A DNA stretch of 64,000 nt from Octopus sinensis. Lineage: Eukaryota. How positions within the stretch are numbered: the first letter of the stretch is position 1; each line of letters opens with the position of its first letter. The notes under the pieces are model-generated. The model searched no databases. It had not been told where the DNA came from and saw only the letters and a list, made by a program, of their open reading frames with translations. A program made the position numbers and the translations under genes. The DNA is taken from assembly GCF_006345805.1 (NCBI RefSeq), contig NC_043013.1, positions 36,580,001 to 36,644,000 of the forward strand, written 5' to 3'. Below, piece after piece: positions 23,563 to 35,994 of the stretch.

Positions 23563-23919
23563 GGTGATGCAAAAGCAGCAGTCATTTGATGAGATACTAG
23601 TAGAGCACTGCATGACTTTTATGTTGAAACGTGTATGCATTCACTCACATGTGTGTGTGTATGTAAGAACGAGTGTCTGTATAAATGTTTATATGCACGT
23701 GTGTCTGCATGTGTGCTTATGTGTGTGTGTGTGAGTGTATGCTTGTGCATATCTGTGTCAAATGCCTTGCATTAAGACTAAAAGACCTGGCACCTTTATG
23801 TTGCAGGGTGTGGACAGTAGAAAAAAATCTTCAAATTCATATGGCTGTGGGTGGGTGGGTGGGGGATGGGGATGGGGGTAATGGATAGAGGGTAGGCAAG
23901 GCATTAAATTCAGAGTACA

Positions 23920-24113
23920 GAAGGAGTAAGGAAAAAGGAAAAAGAAAAAAAAAGAGAGAAAAAGAAGCAAAGTGGAAGAGAGAAAGAAGTTGCTTGAGAG
24001 TGAGATGAAAGAAAGATGAAGTGAAGAAGAGATGAAAATGAATGAGAAATTTGAAGAAAATGTAGAAATGAAAGGGATGGCTGTGGAAGGGAGAATAAAA
24101 TGAGGTGGGGTTG

Positions 24114-24185
<72 letters not shown>

Positions 24186-24420
24186 AAGTGAGACAAAGAG
24201 AGGATGAGAGGGAAAGAGAAAGAGAGGGCGAAAGAACATCTGAAAGTGAAAATGAAAGTAGAAATAGCAATGATAAGGTGAGAGAGGTGGGTAGAGAAAT
24301 AACAGAAAGAGAGAGAGAGAGAAAATGAAAGAGGGAAAGTGAGGAGGAGAGAGAAAGAGAGAGAGGGGGAGAGAAAGTAAGTGAGGGAGAGAGAATGTGA
24401 AGGGGAGAAAGTTGAAGGAA
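23920..24420. repeat. (GA)n polypurine tract
   Basis: Seen directly, with pure GA at about 24119-24180. Confidence 0.9.
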
Positions 24421-25269
24421 GATATGGCCTACTGAACTAAATGCTATAAATAGATTTAAAGGTTGGTAGGTGGTGTGTACCTACTTGCACCTCTACACCT
24501 TTCCTGTCATCACAAACACTTAGAACTTGACCAGTAACAATAGTGCCATGCCAAGACCAGCTGCCCAGACCCACCCACCCAAGTGACCAACTGCTCACCC
24601 ACCCATCCATACACCACAGCAACCAAATCAAACCAAAGTGACCAAGCAACACCAACACCACTAACAAGGTCATCTGTGATGTTTATTATCACCATGGGAC
24701 AACAATACCGGCACCATCACTGCCAACACCACCACCATCACCACTGCCAACACCACCACTACCACTGCTAACACTGCCATCAATACTAAACCACCAAAAT
24801 CTTCACTACCACCTCTACCACCTCTACCACCACTATCACTACTACCACCACTAGCAATGCCAGCACCACCACCACCACTACAACTACTACCACACTAGCA
24901 ACAACTACAACACCACCACTATTTCCACCATTACTCTGACCATCGCTACTACTATCATCACAATCACCACCATCACCACTACCACCATTACTTCTACTAC
25001 CACCACCATTGCCACTATTACCACCACTGCTACCAAGACCATTATCACCACCACATCACTGCCACTATTACTCTAACCATCACCACCATCACCACCACCA
25101 CCGCCACCACTGTTAGTGGTGTTGTGACCTTCAACATCAACAATATGGCCACTATCAACACCACTTCTCTTCCCCTTCTCCTCTCCTACACACACAACTG
25201 CTCACACCCCTATCACTGCCACAAACAGCAACAACAACAACAACAACAACAATAACTTCAGAAGCCATT

Positions 25270-25495
25270 AAGAGAGCTTTAATGTGGTCTATTGACCTGC
25301 AAAAAACAACAGCCAAATTCCCTCAAAGCACACTCTACCATCTTTAAAAGAGGAAAGAAAAATATAAATTATTATACATTGGACATTGGTTATACAAAAA
25401 AGAAAGGTGAGAAGGTCATGGCTGGAATGCCTTTGATCATAGTTCTGCTAAATCAAGACTGACCTGGGATTAATCAACTACAACAACAATAACTC
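25270..25495 (+). mobile_element. Short retroelement tail (family E) ending in (CAA)n-like repeat
   Basis: GTCATGGCTGGAATGCCTTTGATCATAG..GACTGACCTGGG. An inverted, degraded copy is at about 4335-4410. Confidence 0.55.
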
Positions 25496-25727
25496 TAATA
25501 CAATTAACACTGCCTCCACCATCACCTTCAAAGCTTTTCCAGTATTGTTCTTCAACCCCTCCCCCTGTCCTGCTATATTAACACCTCTGATGCTCTCAAT
25601 GTGGCCCTCCACGACCACCACTACTTTTGCCGCCAACATCAGAAACATCCACCACTGCTACCGCCACTGCCATTGCTGCCGCCGCTGTTCCGCCACTACC
25701 ACCACTGACACTGCTTCTGTCATCACC

Positions 25728-25758
<31 letters not shown>

Positions 25759-25759
25759 C

Positions 25760-26330
25760 CATCACCACTGACAACAACTTCACAATTCCATCACCACTAC
25801 CACCATTATCATTGCCACTACCAGCAGGACCATTACCACCATCACAAACACTACCACCATCATCATAATCATCATCAGCAGCACCATCACCACTGACAAC
25901 AACTTCACAATTCCACCACCACTACCACCATTATCATTGCCACTACCAGCAGGACCATTACCACCATCACAAACACTACCACCATCATCATAATCATCAT
26001 CAGCATCACCATCACCTCTGACAACAACTTCACAATTCCACCACCACTACCACCATTATCATTGCCACTACCAGCAGGACCATTACCACCATCACAAACA
26101 CTACCACCATCATCATAATCATCATCAGCAGCACCATCACCACTGACAACAACTTCACAATTCCACCACCACCACCACCATTATCATTGCCACTACCAGC
26201 AGGACCATTACCACCATCACAAACACTACCACCATCATCATAATCATCATCAGCAACACCATCACCACTGACAACAACTGCACAATTCCACCACCACCAC
26301 CACCACCACTATTACCACCACCATCACCAC
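25760..26330. repeat. Minisatellite, about 4.5 copies of a roughly 126 bp unit
   Basis: Unit anchored by CACTGACAACAACTTCACAATTCCA..CCAGCAGGACCATTACCACCATCACAAACAC. Confidence 0.9.
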
Positions 26331-26589
26331 AGTCACTGAAGTTGCCACTACAACCAGTACCATTGACTGGCGCTAATACTAATGTTATAAAAGAATCTCA
26401 CCAAATGAACACACCATTACAATGCTGGCTTTAACACCGGCACCAGTGCCACCATCGACATTCGTGCCAAACACCATTGCCACCAATAATTTCAAGTAGA
26501 ACAACAATAACAACAACAGCATTCATTACCAAGACCTACTCTGACAGGAAGAGCAGTGGAAACAGCAAATACCAATACAATAACCTCTA

Positions 26590-26592
26590 CTA

Positions 26593-26648
<56 letters not shown>

Positions 26649-26663
26649 TAATAATAATAATAA

Positions 26664-26717
<54 letters not shown>

Positions 26718-26734
26718 TGATGATAATAATAATA

Positions 26735-26811
<77 letters not shown>

Positions 26812-26812
26812 C
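26590..26812. repeat. (AAT)n microsatellite
   Basis: About 220 bp, seen directly. Confidence 0.97.
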
Positions 26813-27070
26813 ATCATCATCATCATCATCATTTAGCGTCCGTTTTCCATGCTAGCATGGGTTGGACGGTTCAACTGGGGTCTGAGAAGCTGGAAGGCTT
26901 CATCAGGCCCAGTCAGATCTGGCAGTGTTTCTACGGCTGGATGCCCTTCCTAACGCCAACCACTCCGTGAGTGTAGTGGGTGCTTTTTATGTGCCACCCG
27001 CACAGGTGCCAGACAGAGCTGGCAAACGGCCACGAACAGATGGTGCTTTTACGTGTCACCGGCACGGGGG
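26813..27070 (-). mobile_element. RTE 3' tail (family B), well preserved
   Basis: (CAT)n TTAGCGTCCGTTTTCCATGCTAGCATGGGTTGGACGG..GGATGCCCTTCCTAACGCCAACCACTCC..GTGCCACC. Confidence 0.9.
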
Positions 27071-27211
27071 CCATAATAATAATAATAATGATAATGATTT
27101 CGTTTATATGTCACAAGGGCAAAGTGTGAGGGGAACAATACAAAGACAGACATAAAATGTGGGGGTTTACATATATCCAAATGATAACCTTTAATAATAA
27201 TAATAATAATA

Positions 27212-27246
<35 letters not shown>

Positions 27247-27309
27247 AGTAATAATAAGTAATAATAATGACTTCGCATATTTGCCACCAGGGTGAATAAT
27301 AATAATAAT

Positions 27310-27564
27310 AAAAATAATGATAACTTCGAATTTTGACATAAGGCCAGCAAATTTGGTGGGAGTGGGGCGAGGGGTAAGTCTATTACATTGTTCCCCCAGT
27401 GCACAGCTGGTACTTATTTCCATCAACTTTGGAAGGACGAAAGACAAATGATGGAATAGAGGAGAAGAAGAAGAAGAAGAAGAAGAAGAAGAAGAAGAAG
27501 AAGAAGAAGAAGATGAAGAAGAAGAAGAACAACAACAACATCAGTGATAATGATAATAATAACA

Positions 27565-27613
<49 letters not shown>

Positions 27614-27791
27614 CGACGATGATGATCCTTTCTACTAAAGGTTCAAGGCCTGAAATTTTGTGGGAAGGGGACTAGTCAATTATATTGACCTCAGTACATA
27701 ACTGGTACTTAGTTCATCAACCCCAAAAGGATGAAAGGTAAAGCTGACCTTGATGGAATTGATGAGAAAAACAAGATCAACAACAACAACA

Positions 27792-27822
<31 letters not shown>

Positions 27823-27935
27823 TAATCCTTTTTATTATAGGTACAAGTACTGAAATTTGAGGGGAGGGGGGATAGTCATTTGCAACTACCCTAGCATTCA
27901 GCTGGTACCAATTTTATCGATCCCGGAAAGCCAGC
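27310..27935 (-). mobile_element. Three SINE C 3' fragments separated by (AAG)n/(GAT)n/(AAT)n arrays
   Basis: Repeated GAAATTT..GGGAGGGG..CTGGTACTT..ATC blocks at about 27310-27440, 27625-27765 and 27825-27925. Confidence 0.7.
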
Positions 27936-28000
27936 CTTGGCAGAACAGGTAAGAAGAAGACCAACAATAATATTGATGATGATGATGATAACAATAATGG

Positions 28001-28034
<34 letters not shown>

Positions 28035-28574
28035 AACAATAGTAACAACACCATCCCACCACTAATAACAACGACACCAATACCAAGTGTACCGTCAACA
28101 GCAACGCTACCAATAGCACCAGTAGTTTATACAAACATACATAAAACAACCATTATCCCACATCATCACCACCACCACCACCACCGTCGCCGCCGCCGCC
28201 ACCATCACCAGTACTAGCTGCAAGACGAAGACCAACACCAGAACCCATCCTGACCAATACCGACACTAACAGCGCACCGCACCGCCGCTAACACTGCGAC
28301 CCCACGCCGCTACCTCTTGCCGCCGCCGTAGTAAATAAATAGCCAGCTACACAGTAAATTACCTCTTTTACTTCTTCGCAACCCTCTCCTCCCCCACTGC
28401 CCCCCACTCACCCAACCACCCAACCAAACATTCACACCGCCCACCCACCTCTCACACCAACCATCCCCACCCTTACTTACCTCTACTTCCATCCCTGCCT
28501 CCGACACCTAGCTGTGTCCATGGCTGTAACTAACACGGACTGAACGTGTGCCAGTCTTTGGTCAGCTTAGTGAG

Positions 28575-28635
<61 letters not shown>

Positions 28636-29272
28636 GAGAGAGAGGGGGAGAGAGAGAGAGAGGAGAGAGAGAGAGAGTGGTCAAGGGAGATGGGTGTGTA
28701 CGTGTGTGTGTGTGTTGGAGAGATCAAATGTTTATGTACTATTCGGTATATTACACTTTAGTTAGTACATTGTATGCACACACATACGAAAACAAGTGCG
28801 TGCACAAACGCAAACACACGTGCACATGTGCACACATAAGCGCCGACTTACGCACACGGACACGTCCTTTGCAGACTGACCAGTCTTAAAGAGCATGTAA
28901 CAGTCGCACGTGTTGTTTTATCGAATGTATATGCTGGACAATGCAATTAGTAGATGACCACCGATCAAATGTGTGGACATGTGCACTTGTGTATGTGTGT
29001 GCGTGTGTGTATGTGCACACGTGTGCATGCTTGTGTGTGTGTGTGTGTATGCGCATGTGAATATTTGTGTAGGTGTGTCTGGTCCTATGTTTGTGTATAG
29101 GACTATATGACTGGATTGTGTATGTGTGTATATATGAATATATGATATATAATAAGTGTGTGTATAAATATATATATATACACACACACACACACAGATA
29201 CATATAAATACAGACACACACAAACTTGCACATATATTGCAGTAAATATCTATATGTTTGTGTGCATACATG

Positions 29273-29307
<35 letters not shown>

Positions 29308-29501
29308 ATACATATATTATGTATTTATGTATGTATGCATGTATGTATCTATCTATCTAGCTATCAAGCTACCTATCTATTTATATATATATGTTTGTTT
29401 ACACACACACACACACATTTTAAGTGTATAAACTTTAAAAACTTTTGTCATGAACTCTCAATACACTGTGTAGAGCTCAAAATTTTAGGCATAAAGCATG
29501 T

Positions 29502-29557
<56 letters not shown>

Positions 29558-29559
29558 CA

Positions 29560-29744
29560 CACATAAATACAGTGTACATTTAAACACATAAGAGGCATCC
29601 ATCATAGGACTCCTTGCACGCTAAAGAGAACAGTCAAATTCCAGATCACTATTAGGGATAAAATTTCGAAGTGAATGAAAAATAAAAGCATTTAGCATCT
29701 AACTCCTGCCTCTTGTGTGTTTAAATGTACACTGTATTTATGTG
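29560..29744. mobile_element. MITE-like element with 38-bp TIRs
   Basis: CACATAAATACAGTGTACATTTAAACACATAAGAGGCA (29560-29597) matches the reverse complement of 29707-29744 at 37/38 positions. No clear TSD. Confidence 0.75.
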
Positions 29745-29832
29745 AATATTATATATAGTCTATTGACTAAATTTTTACACACTAGGCCACTGGTAATGGA
29801 AATTTCTAATATTTCTGATTATTCTTTGATAT

Positions 29833-29864
<32 letters not shown>

Positions 29865-29873
29865 TATAGATAC

Positions 29874-29919
<46 letters not shown>

Positions 29920-29931
29920 CATATATATATA

Positions 29932-30078
29932 CCGGAGTAAACACATAAATGTGAAACAAGGTGGAAAAAAGAGTACTCAAATACCAGTGGTAGAGTAATA
30001 TGCTTTATTTAAAGCAGCAGAAAATTCAACAAAACCTGTTACTCTGAGTTTCACGTTGCCGTTCGTCGGACAGTTTTT
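29932..30078 (-). mobile_element. Penelope-type pLTR fragment with inverted junction and hammerhead
   Basis: Block X (29942-30007, +) is fused to the reverse-oriented hammerhead block. Same family as 19620-19892. Confidence 0.7.
30036..30073 (-). ncRNA. Minimal type I hammerhead ribozyme (U4C core variant, GUA cleavage triplet)
   Basis: Minus: CTGT-CCGACGA-ACG GCAA CGT-GAAA-CTC A GAG-TA/ACAG. All three stems pair and stem III ACUC(A)GAGU is palindromic. Predicted cut between 30040 and 30039. Confidence 0.75.
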
Positions 30079-30084
30079 ATATAT

Positions 30085-30400
30085 AGTGGAGGCGTAATGG
30101 TCCAGTGGTTAGGGCAGTGGACTCGCGGTCGGGGGATCTCAGTTTCGATTCCCAGACCAGGTGTTGTGTGTGTTTATTGAGTGAAAACACCTAAAGCTCC
30201 ACGAGGCTCCGGCAGGGGATGGTGGCGACCCCTGTTGTACTCTTTCGCCCCAACTTTCTCTCACTCTTTCTTCCTGTTTCTTGAGTAACGCTGCAATGGA
30301 CTGGCATCTCGTCCAGCTGGGGGGAACACACATGCCATAGAAACCGGGAAACCGGGCCCATGAAGCTAGCTATACTTGAAAATGGCGTATAAATAAAAAT
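30085..30400 (+). mobile_element. tRNA-headed SINE family F (V-SINE-like 3' region)
   Basis: GGAGGCGTAATGGTCCAGTGGTTAGGG..GTTTCGATTCC head. GCTGCAATGGACTGGCATCTCGTCCAG resembles the V-SINE/HE1-type motif. Confidence 0.75.
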
Positions 30401-30799
30401 ATATATATATATATATATAAAACGATTCTAATGTAAATATATCTATATATATAACCAAAAATCTAAGCAAAAATTTCTGTCAATGTAAAATTGATAGGAA
30501 AATTGTGAAATTTTTGGTTTTTATATATTTTGAGAAAACAAAATGCTGTTTTATTGTTAATTTTACACTTATAGCTCCTTCTCTCACTCTCTGTTGCTTC
30601 CATTCACTACAATGACTTCTTTTCCTGCTTCCTGTCACTGTCTTTAAATTAAGATATACATCTTGGTCTATTTTGCTTACCAGATCTAACAGGTATCCTT
30701 TTGAAGGAACAAAGAAAATATATCATTGATGCTTGCAGCTTGGAGCAGCCGGGTCTTTTACAAAAGTGTCCGACACATGCCGGTGTAGAAAAACATACG

Positions 30800-31350
30800 C
30801 TAAATGATGATGATGATGATGATACTGATGATGATGATGATGATGATGATGCTACTGCTGTGGCAGTGGTGGTGGTGGTGGTGGTGGTGGTGGTGGTGAT
30901 GGGGGTGATGATGAGGATGATAATGATGATGCTGGTGGTAGTGGTAGTGGTGGTGATGGTAATGGTGGTGGTGGTGGCGTTCATGATGATGATGATGCTG
31001 TTACTACTACTGGTTGTGGTTGTGGTGGTGGTGGGGGTGGTTGAATTGGTGATGATGACAACGATGATGATGAGAATGCTACTGCTGCTGCTGTTACTGT
31101 TACTGCTGCTGCTGCTGCTGCTGCTGCTGGTGATGATGATGATGATGATGATGACGATTCTACTACTGCTGCTGCTCTTGCTATGGTTACAGCTACTATT
31201 GGTGGAGGTGGTGCTGGTGGTGATGATAGTGGTTGTGGTGGTATTGGTGGTAGTAGTAGTGGTGATGATGATGATGATGATGATGCTACTGCTGCTGCTG
31301 CTGCTGGTGTTGGTGTTGGTGTTGGTGTTGGTGTTGGTGGTGATGATGAG
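30800..31350. repeat. Mixed (GAT)n/(GGT)n/(GCT)n trinucleotide array
   Basis: Seen directly. It is the source of the 231-234 aa low-complexity ORFs in the track. Confidence 0.95.
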
Positions 31351-31614
31351 CATGCAGGGGAAAATCTTGGTATTTTCACATTTTACTGTTTTTTAAAACT
31401 CCTCAAATTTTCTTAGAATTGTTTCAATAGTTTCTGAAAGTGTTTAAAGATTTCTTTATACGCTCCAGTGGGGTTGCATGGCAAAGAAGTTCCCTTTGCA
31501 TCTGCTTGGATACGGTAGAAGGGAAATAAGTAAAAACCCCTCATATATAGACACATACATATGTAGAGGTATTGCTCTCTCTCTCACTCTCCCCTCTCTC
31601 TCCCTCTCTCTCTG

Positions 31615-31671
<57 letters not shown>

Positions 31672-31689
31672 GCATATAAGAAGTCCACA

Positions 31690-32460
31690 TGGTGGCTTCC
31701 TCTCTGTGTATATTTCATAAACTATTATATATATATATATATATATATAAGAAATTAAAAAAGGAAAATATGCACACTCACATAGTTTTAATATAATTTT
31801 TAATATATCGACTGGTTTCGCTATTGCTATTCATGATATTATGTTTTACTTATTTGAATATATATTTTTTCTTAAGAAGAAATTTGGTCCATGTTGTGTG
31901 TGATGATATTCCCAAGTGAATGACTTCACAAGTAGATAAACAAAGGGAGGTAATTGGTTGTTGTTATTGTTATTGTTGTGGGTAAGGGAGATAACTGTTC
32001 AACTTTCGGTGATGAGAGGGGAATATATATGTGTACAGAGAGAGACAAGTTTCAAAAACCTTGTTTAGTGAGGGGATTTATGTACAGTGATGTAATCGTG
32101 AATTGAAATTTGTAAAAATATAAAAGTTGATTATGTGTGCATATTAAGACATGTTTTGTATTTTTCAATGTAAAAAGTTTCTTTATTTAAACGTTCTAGT
32201 TGAGAAATTGTGTCTTTGCACTAGTAGAAAGGGAAGACTGTTAAATTTGGTTAGATGTTATCTACACATTTTTCTATATGTTCACTGAGAGGAATTTGTC
32301 TGTATTGCGGGAAACGGATTTGCAATCACACACACACACAAATAGCAACCAATGCATTGTGGTTCTCTACAGCTGTTTCAGACATGTTTTTTACTGACGA
32401 ATAGTATTAATAATGCTTCACTATTAAAGGATATGATTTGCTTGAATCCAGAATTCTTGT
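31690..32460 (-). mobile_element. Penelope-like element 3' portion: GIY-YIG endonuclease remnant plus 3' UTR/pLTR
   Basis: Minus 32325-32131: LQIRFPQYRQIPLSEHIEKC..*PNLTVFPFY*CKD..LERLNKETFYIEKYKTCLNMHT*, matching the PLE GIY-YIG C-half (H..C..FPFY..R..KE..FI...LN). Upstream Cys knuckle CREPQCIGC. Hammerhead motif downstream. Confidence 0.8.
31805..31839 (-). ncRNA. Minimal type I hammerhead-like motif with A3/U8 core
   Basis: Minus: ATATC-ATGAATA-GC AATA GC-GAAA-C CA G-TC/GATAT. Stem I is ATATC:GATAT, stem II is 2 bp, and the cleavage triplet is GUC. It lies about 290 nt 3' of the GIY-YIG stop. Confidence 0.55.
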
Positions 32461-32484
32461 AAGTATATATATATATATTTTTTT

Positions 32485-32745
32485 CTTTTATTCCTTTATT
32501 TGTTTCAGTAATTTGAATCCGGCCATGCTGGATCACCAACTTTAGTCGAACAAATCAACCCCGGACTCATTCTTTCTAAACCTAGTACTTATTCTATCAG
32601 TCTCTTTTCCTGAACTGCTAAGTTACGGGGATGTAAACACACCATATCAGTTGTCAAGCATTGGTGGGGCCACAAACACAGACACGCAAACATATACACA
32701 CACAAACACACACACACACACATATATATATACATATATATATAT
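32485..32745 (-). mobile_element. SINE A 3' half, joined at its internal microsatellite to an RTE tail
   Basis: TTTGTTTCAGTAATTTGAATCCGGCCATGCTGG..GGGCCACAAACACAGACAC. Confidence 0.85.
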
Positions 32746-33012
32746 ATGGCTTCCGTGCCGCTGGCACGTTAAAAGCTACTTCCGATCGTGGCCAATGCTG
32801 GACCCCGCCTGGCACCTGTGCAGGTGGCACGTAAAAATCACCCCCTACACTCGCGGAGTGGTTGGCGTTAGGAAGGGCATCTAGCCGTAGAAACTCTGTG
32901 AGATCAGACTGGAGCCTGGAGCAGCCCCTGGCTTCCCAGATCCCCGGTCGAACCGTCCAACCCGTGCTAGCGCGGAAAACGGACGTTAAACGATGATGAT
33001 GATGATGATGAT
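32746..33012 (+). mobile_element. RTE 3' tail (family B)
   Basis: GTGCCGCTGGCACGTTAAAAGC..GGAGTGGTTGGCGTTAGGAAGGGCATC..GGACGTTAAAC(GAT)n. Confidence 0.9.
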
Positions 33013-33452
33013 ATATATATATACATATATATATATTATTCCATATTTGGTCATCTTCACCTCCTTCAACTGCACACAAAGCTATATATACTTCATTAGA
33101 TGCACACTGTATGCATGCTGATCCATAAAACTCATACAAAGATACACACACAAATGCACACACATGTGCACAAGCAGAAACGTTCATTCGTGCATTCCTG
33201 ATATCCTCTACATTAAGCCTGAAACCTCTAGTTATAATTTCATGTTAAAAAGAGGAAGAATTTCTTTGTGTACGCACACAAATTCGCATTTGTATATTCA
33301 CATGTAAATATCTATAAACACATATATTGTGCACTTGAGCACAGATTTTTATATACATACGTACATACGTATTTGTGTGTGTGAATGTATATATACGTAT
33401 ATGTATGTATATCTGCATATATCTATTTATGTATATGTGTGTGTGTATATAT

Positions 33453-33499
<47 letters not shown>

Positions 33500-33560
33500 T
33501 ATATATATATATATTATATATATATATATAATATATATATATATATAATATATATATATA

Positions 33561-34006
33561 TGTATGTGCTTCATCATTTGATTCATTTCTTACTTGATAC
33601 ATTCGTCCACATATACTCATACACACACAAACATAGATATGTATGTATGTATGTATGCATGCATGCATGTATGTATGTATGTATGTATGTATGTATGTAT
33701 GTATGTATGTATGTATGTGTGTATGTATGTGTATGTAAATATATATATATATATGAGTAAATATATATATATAAGAGAGAAATTAAGCAAATATCAATTA
33801 CAGAAACATAAATATATATGTATATAAATATATGTGTGTGTATATATACGAATATATATATATATATATATGCATATATATATATTTATATATATATGTA
33901 TGTATATATGTGTGTATACATATATTTGCATATGTGTGTGTGTGTTCATGTTGAGGAGTGTCTATGTATATACATATATGTATATATATGTATATACAAA
34001 TATATG

Positions 34007-34037
<31 letters not shown>

Positions 34038-34138
34038 TATATATATATGTATATGTATATATATATAAATTAAATAAAATATATATATACACATATACAC
34101 ATATGCATACATGCACACACAAGCAAACATACATAGCT

Positions 34139-34178
<40 letters not shown>

Positions 34179-34377
34179 ATCATCTTCTGACCTGCGTAAC
34201 TGCATAAGATCAATAGTCACGATAGATATTAAAGATAATTCTATGCTCTCATGATTTTTCAGTGACCAATTCCACATTCTCATCATTTCCTTCATTCATC
34301 CATTATTATTATCATTAGCATTATTTTTACTCTTATTATCATTATTACAGATACGTACATATATGTGGAGTGTGTGA

Positions 34378-34408
<31 letters not shown>

Positions 34409-35190
34409 GTGTGTGTATCTATATGTATATGTATATCTATCTATCTATATTATCTATGTATCTATCTATGCATGTATATACATGCATACATAAATATATT
34501 GATAGTATATATATGTTATATATATATATATGTTGTATATATATATGGGTATATATAGATATTCATATGTATGAATAAATGCACATGTATACACATATAT
34601 GCATATTAATATATATATATATGTATGTGCTTCATCATTTGATTCATTTCTTACTTGATACATTCGTCCACATATACTCATACACACACAAACATAGATA
34701 TGTATGTATGTAGTATGCATGATGCATGTATGTATGTATGTATGGATGATGTATGTATGTATTTGTATGTATGTGTGTGTGTATGTATGTGTATGTAAAT
34801 ATATATATATATGAGTAAATATATATATATAAGAGAGAAATTAAGCAAATATCAATTACAGAAACATAAATATATATGTAATAAATTATATGTGGTGTAT
34901 ATATACGAATATATATATATATATATATGCATATATATATATTTATATATATATGTATGTATATATGTGTGTATACAATATTTGCATATGTGTGTGTGTG
35001 GTTCATGTTGAGGAGTGTCTATGTATATACATATATGTATATATATGTATATACAAATATATGTCTATATATATATAATATATATATATATATATAATAA
35101 TGTATATGTATATATATATAAATAAATAAAATATATATATACACATATACACATATGCATACATGCACACACAAGCAACCATACATAGCT

Positions 35191-35227
<37 letters not shown>

Positions 35228-35682
35228 ACACACTGATCATCTTCTCTGACCTGCGTAACTGCATAAGATCAATAGTCACGATAGATATTAAAGATAATTC
35301 TATGCTCTCATGATTTTTCAGTGACCAATTCCACATTCTCATCATTTCCTTCATTCATCCATTATATTATCATTAGCATTATTTTTACTCTTATTATCAT
35401 TATTACAGATACGTACATATATGTGTGAGTGTGTGAGTGTGATATGGTGTGTGTGTTGTGTGTGGTGTTGTGTATCTATATGGTATATGTATATCTATCT
35501 ATCTATATTATCTATGTATCTATCTATGCATGTATATACATGCATACATAAATATATTGATAGTATATATATGTGTATATATATATATATGTATGTATAT
35601 ATATATGGGTATATATAGATATTCATATGTATGAATAAATGCACATGTATACACATATATGCATATTAATATATTATATATG
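33561..35682. repeat. Tandem duplication of about 1.06 kb (two copies)
   Basis: Unique anchors recur with a period of about 1061, e.g. TGTGCTTCATCATTTGATTCATTTCTTACTTGATACATTCG at 33565/34626 and GACCTGCGTAACTGCATAAGATC at about 34189/35248. Confidence 0.92.
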
Positions 35683-35740
<58 letters not shown>

Positions 35741-35994
35741 CACACACACACCTATATACATACATAAATATGTAATATGTATGAATATATAAATATATAC
35801 ACACATACTTATATACATACATATATATGTAATATGTATGAATATATATATATATATATACATACACATGCATATATATGCATACATGCATTTATACATA
35901 TATCTACATATATACATATATATTATTGTATTTTTGATTTGTTTTGTCTTTTTCTTCACCTTTTATTTGCTGTTCTTTTTTGTTCTTTGTGATT

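Noticed and set aside
23807-23850. Possible plus-strand exon after TTTATGTTGCAG
   Set aside because: Only weak GTGGGT donors inside a G-rich repeat, and the peptide is unrecognised.
30085-30160. tRNA-like sequence (also the heads of SINE families A, C, D, G, H)
   Set aside because: A and B boxes are present, but there is no complete acceptor stem and each continues into a repeated SINE body. Not tRNA genes.
30440-30560. TCTATATATATAA start resembling a Helitron 5' end
   Set aside because: No matching 3' hairpin or CTAG end found, and the motif is trivial in TA-rich DNA.
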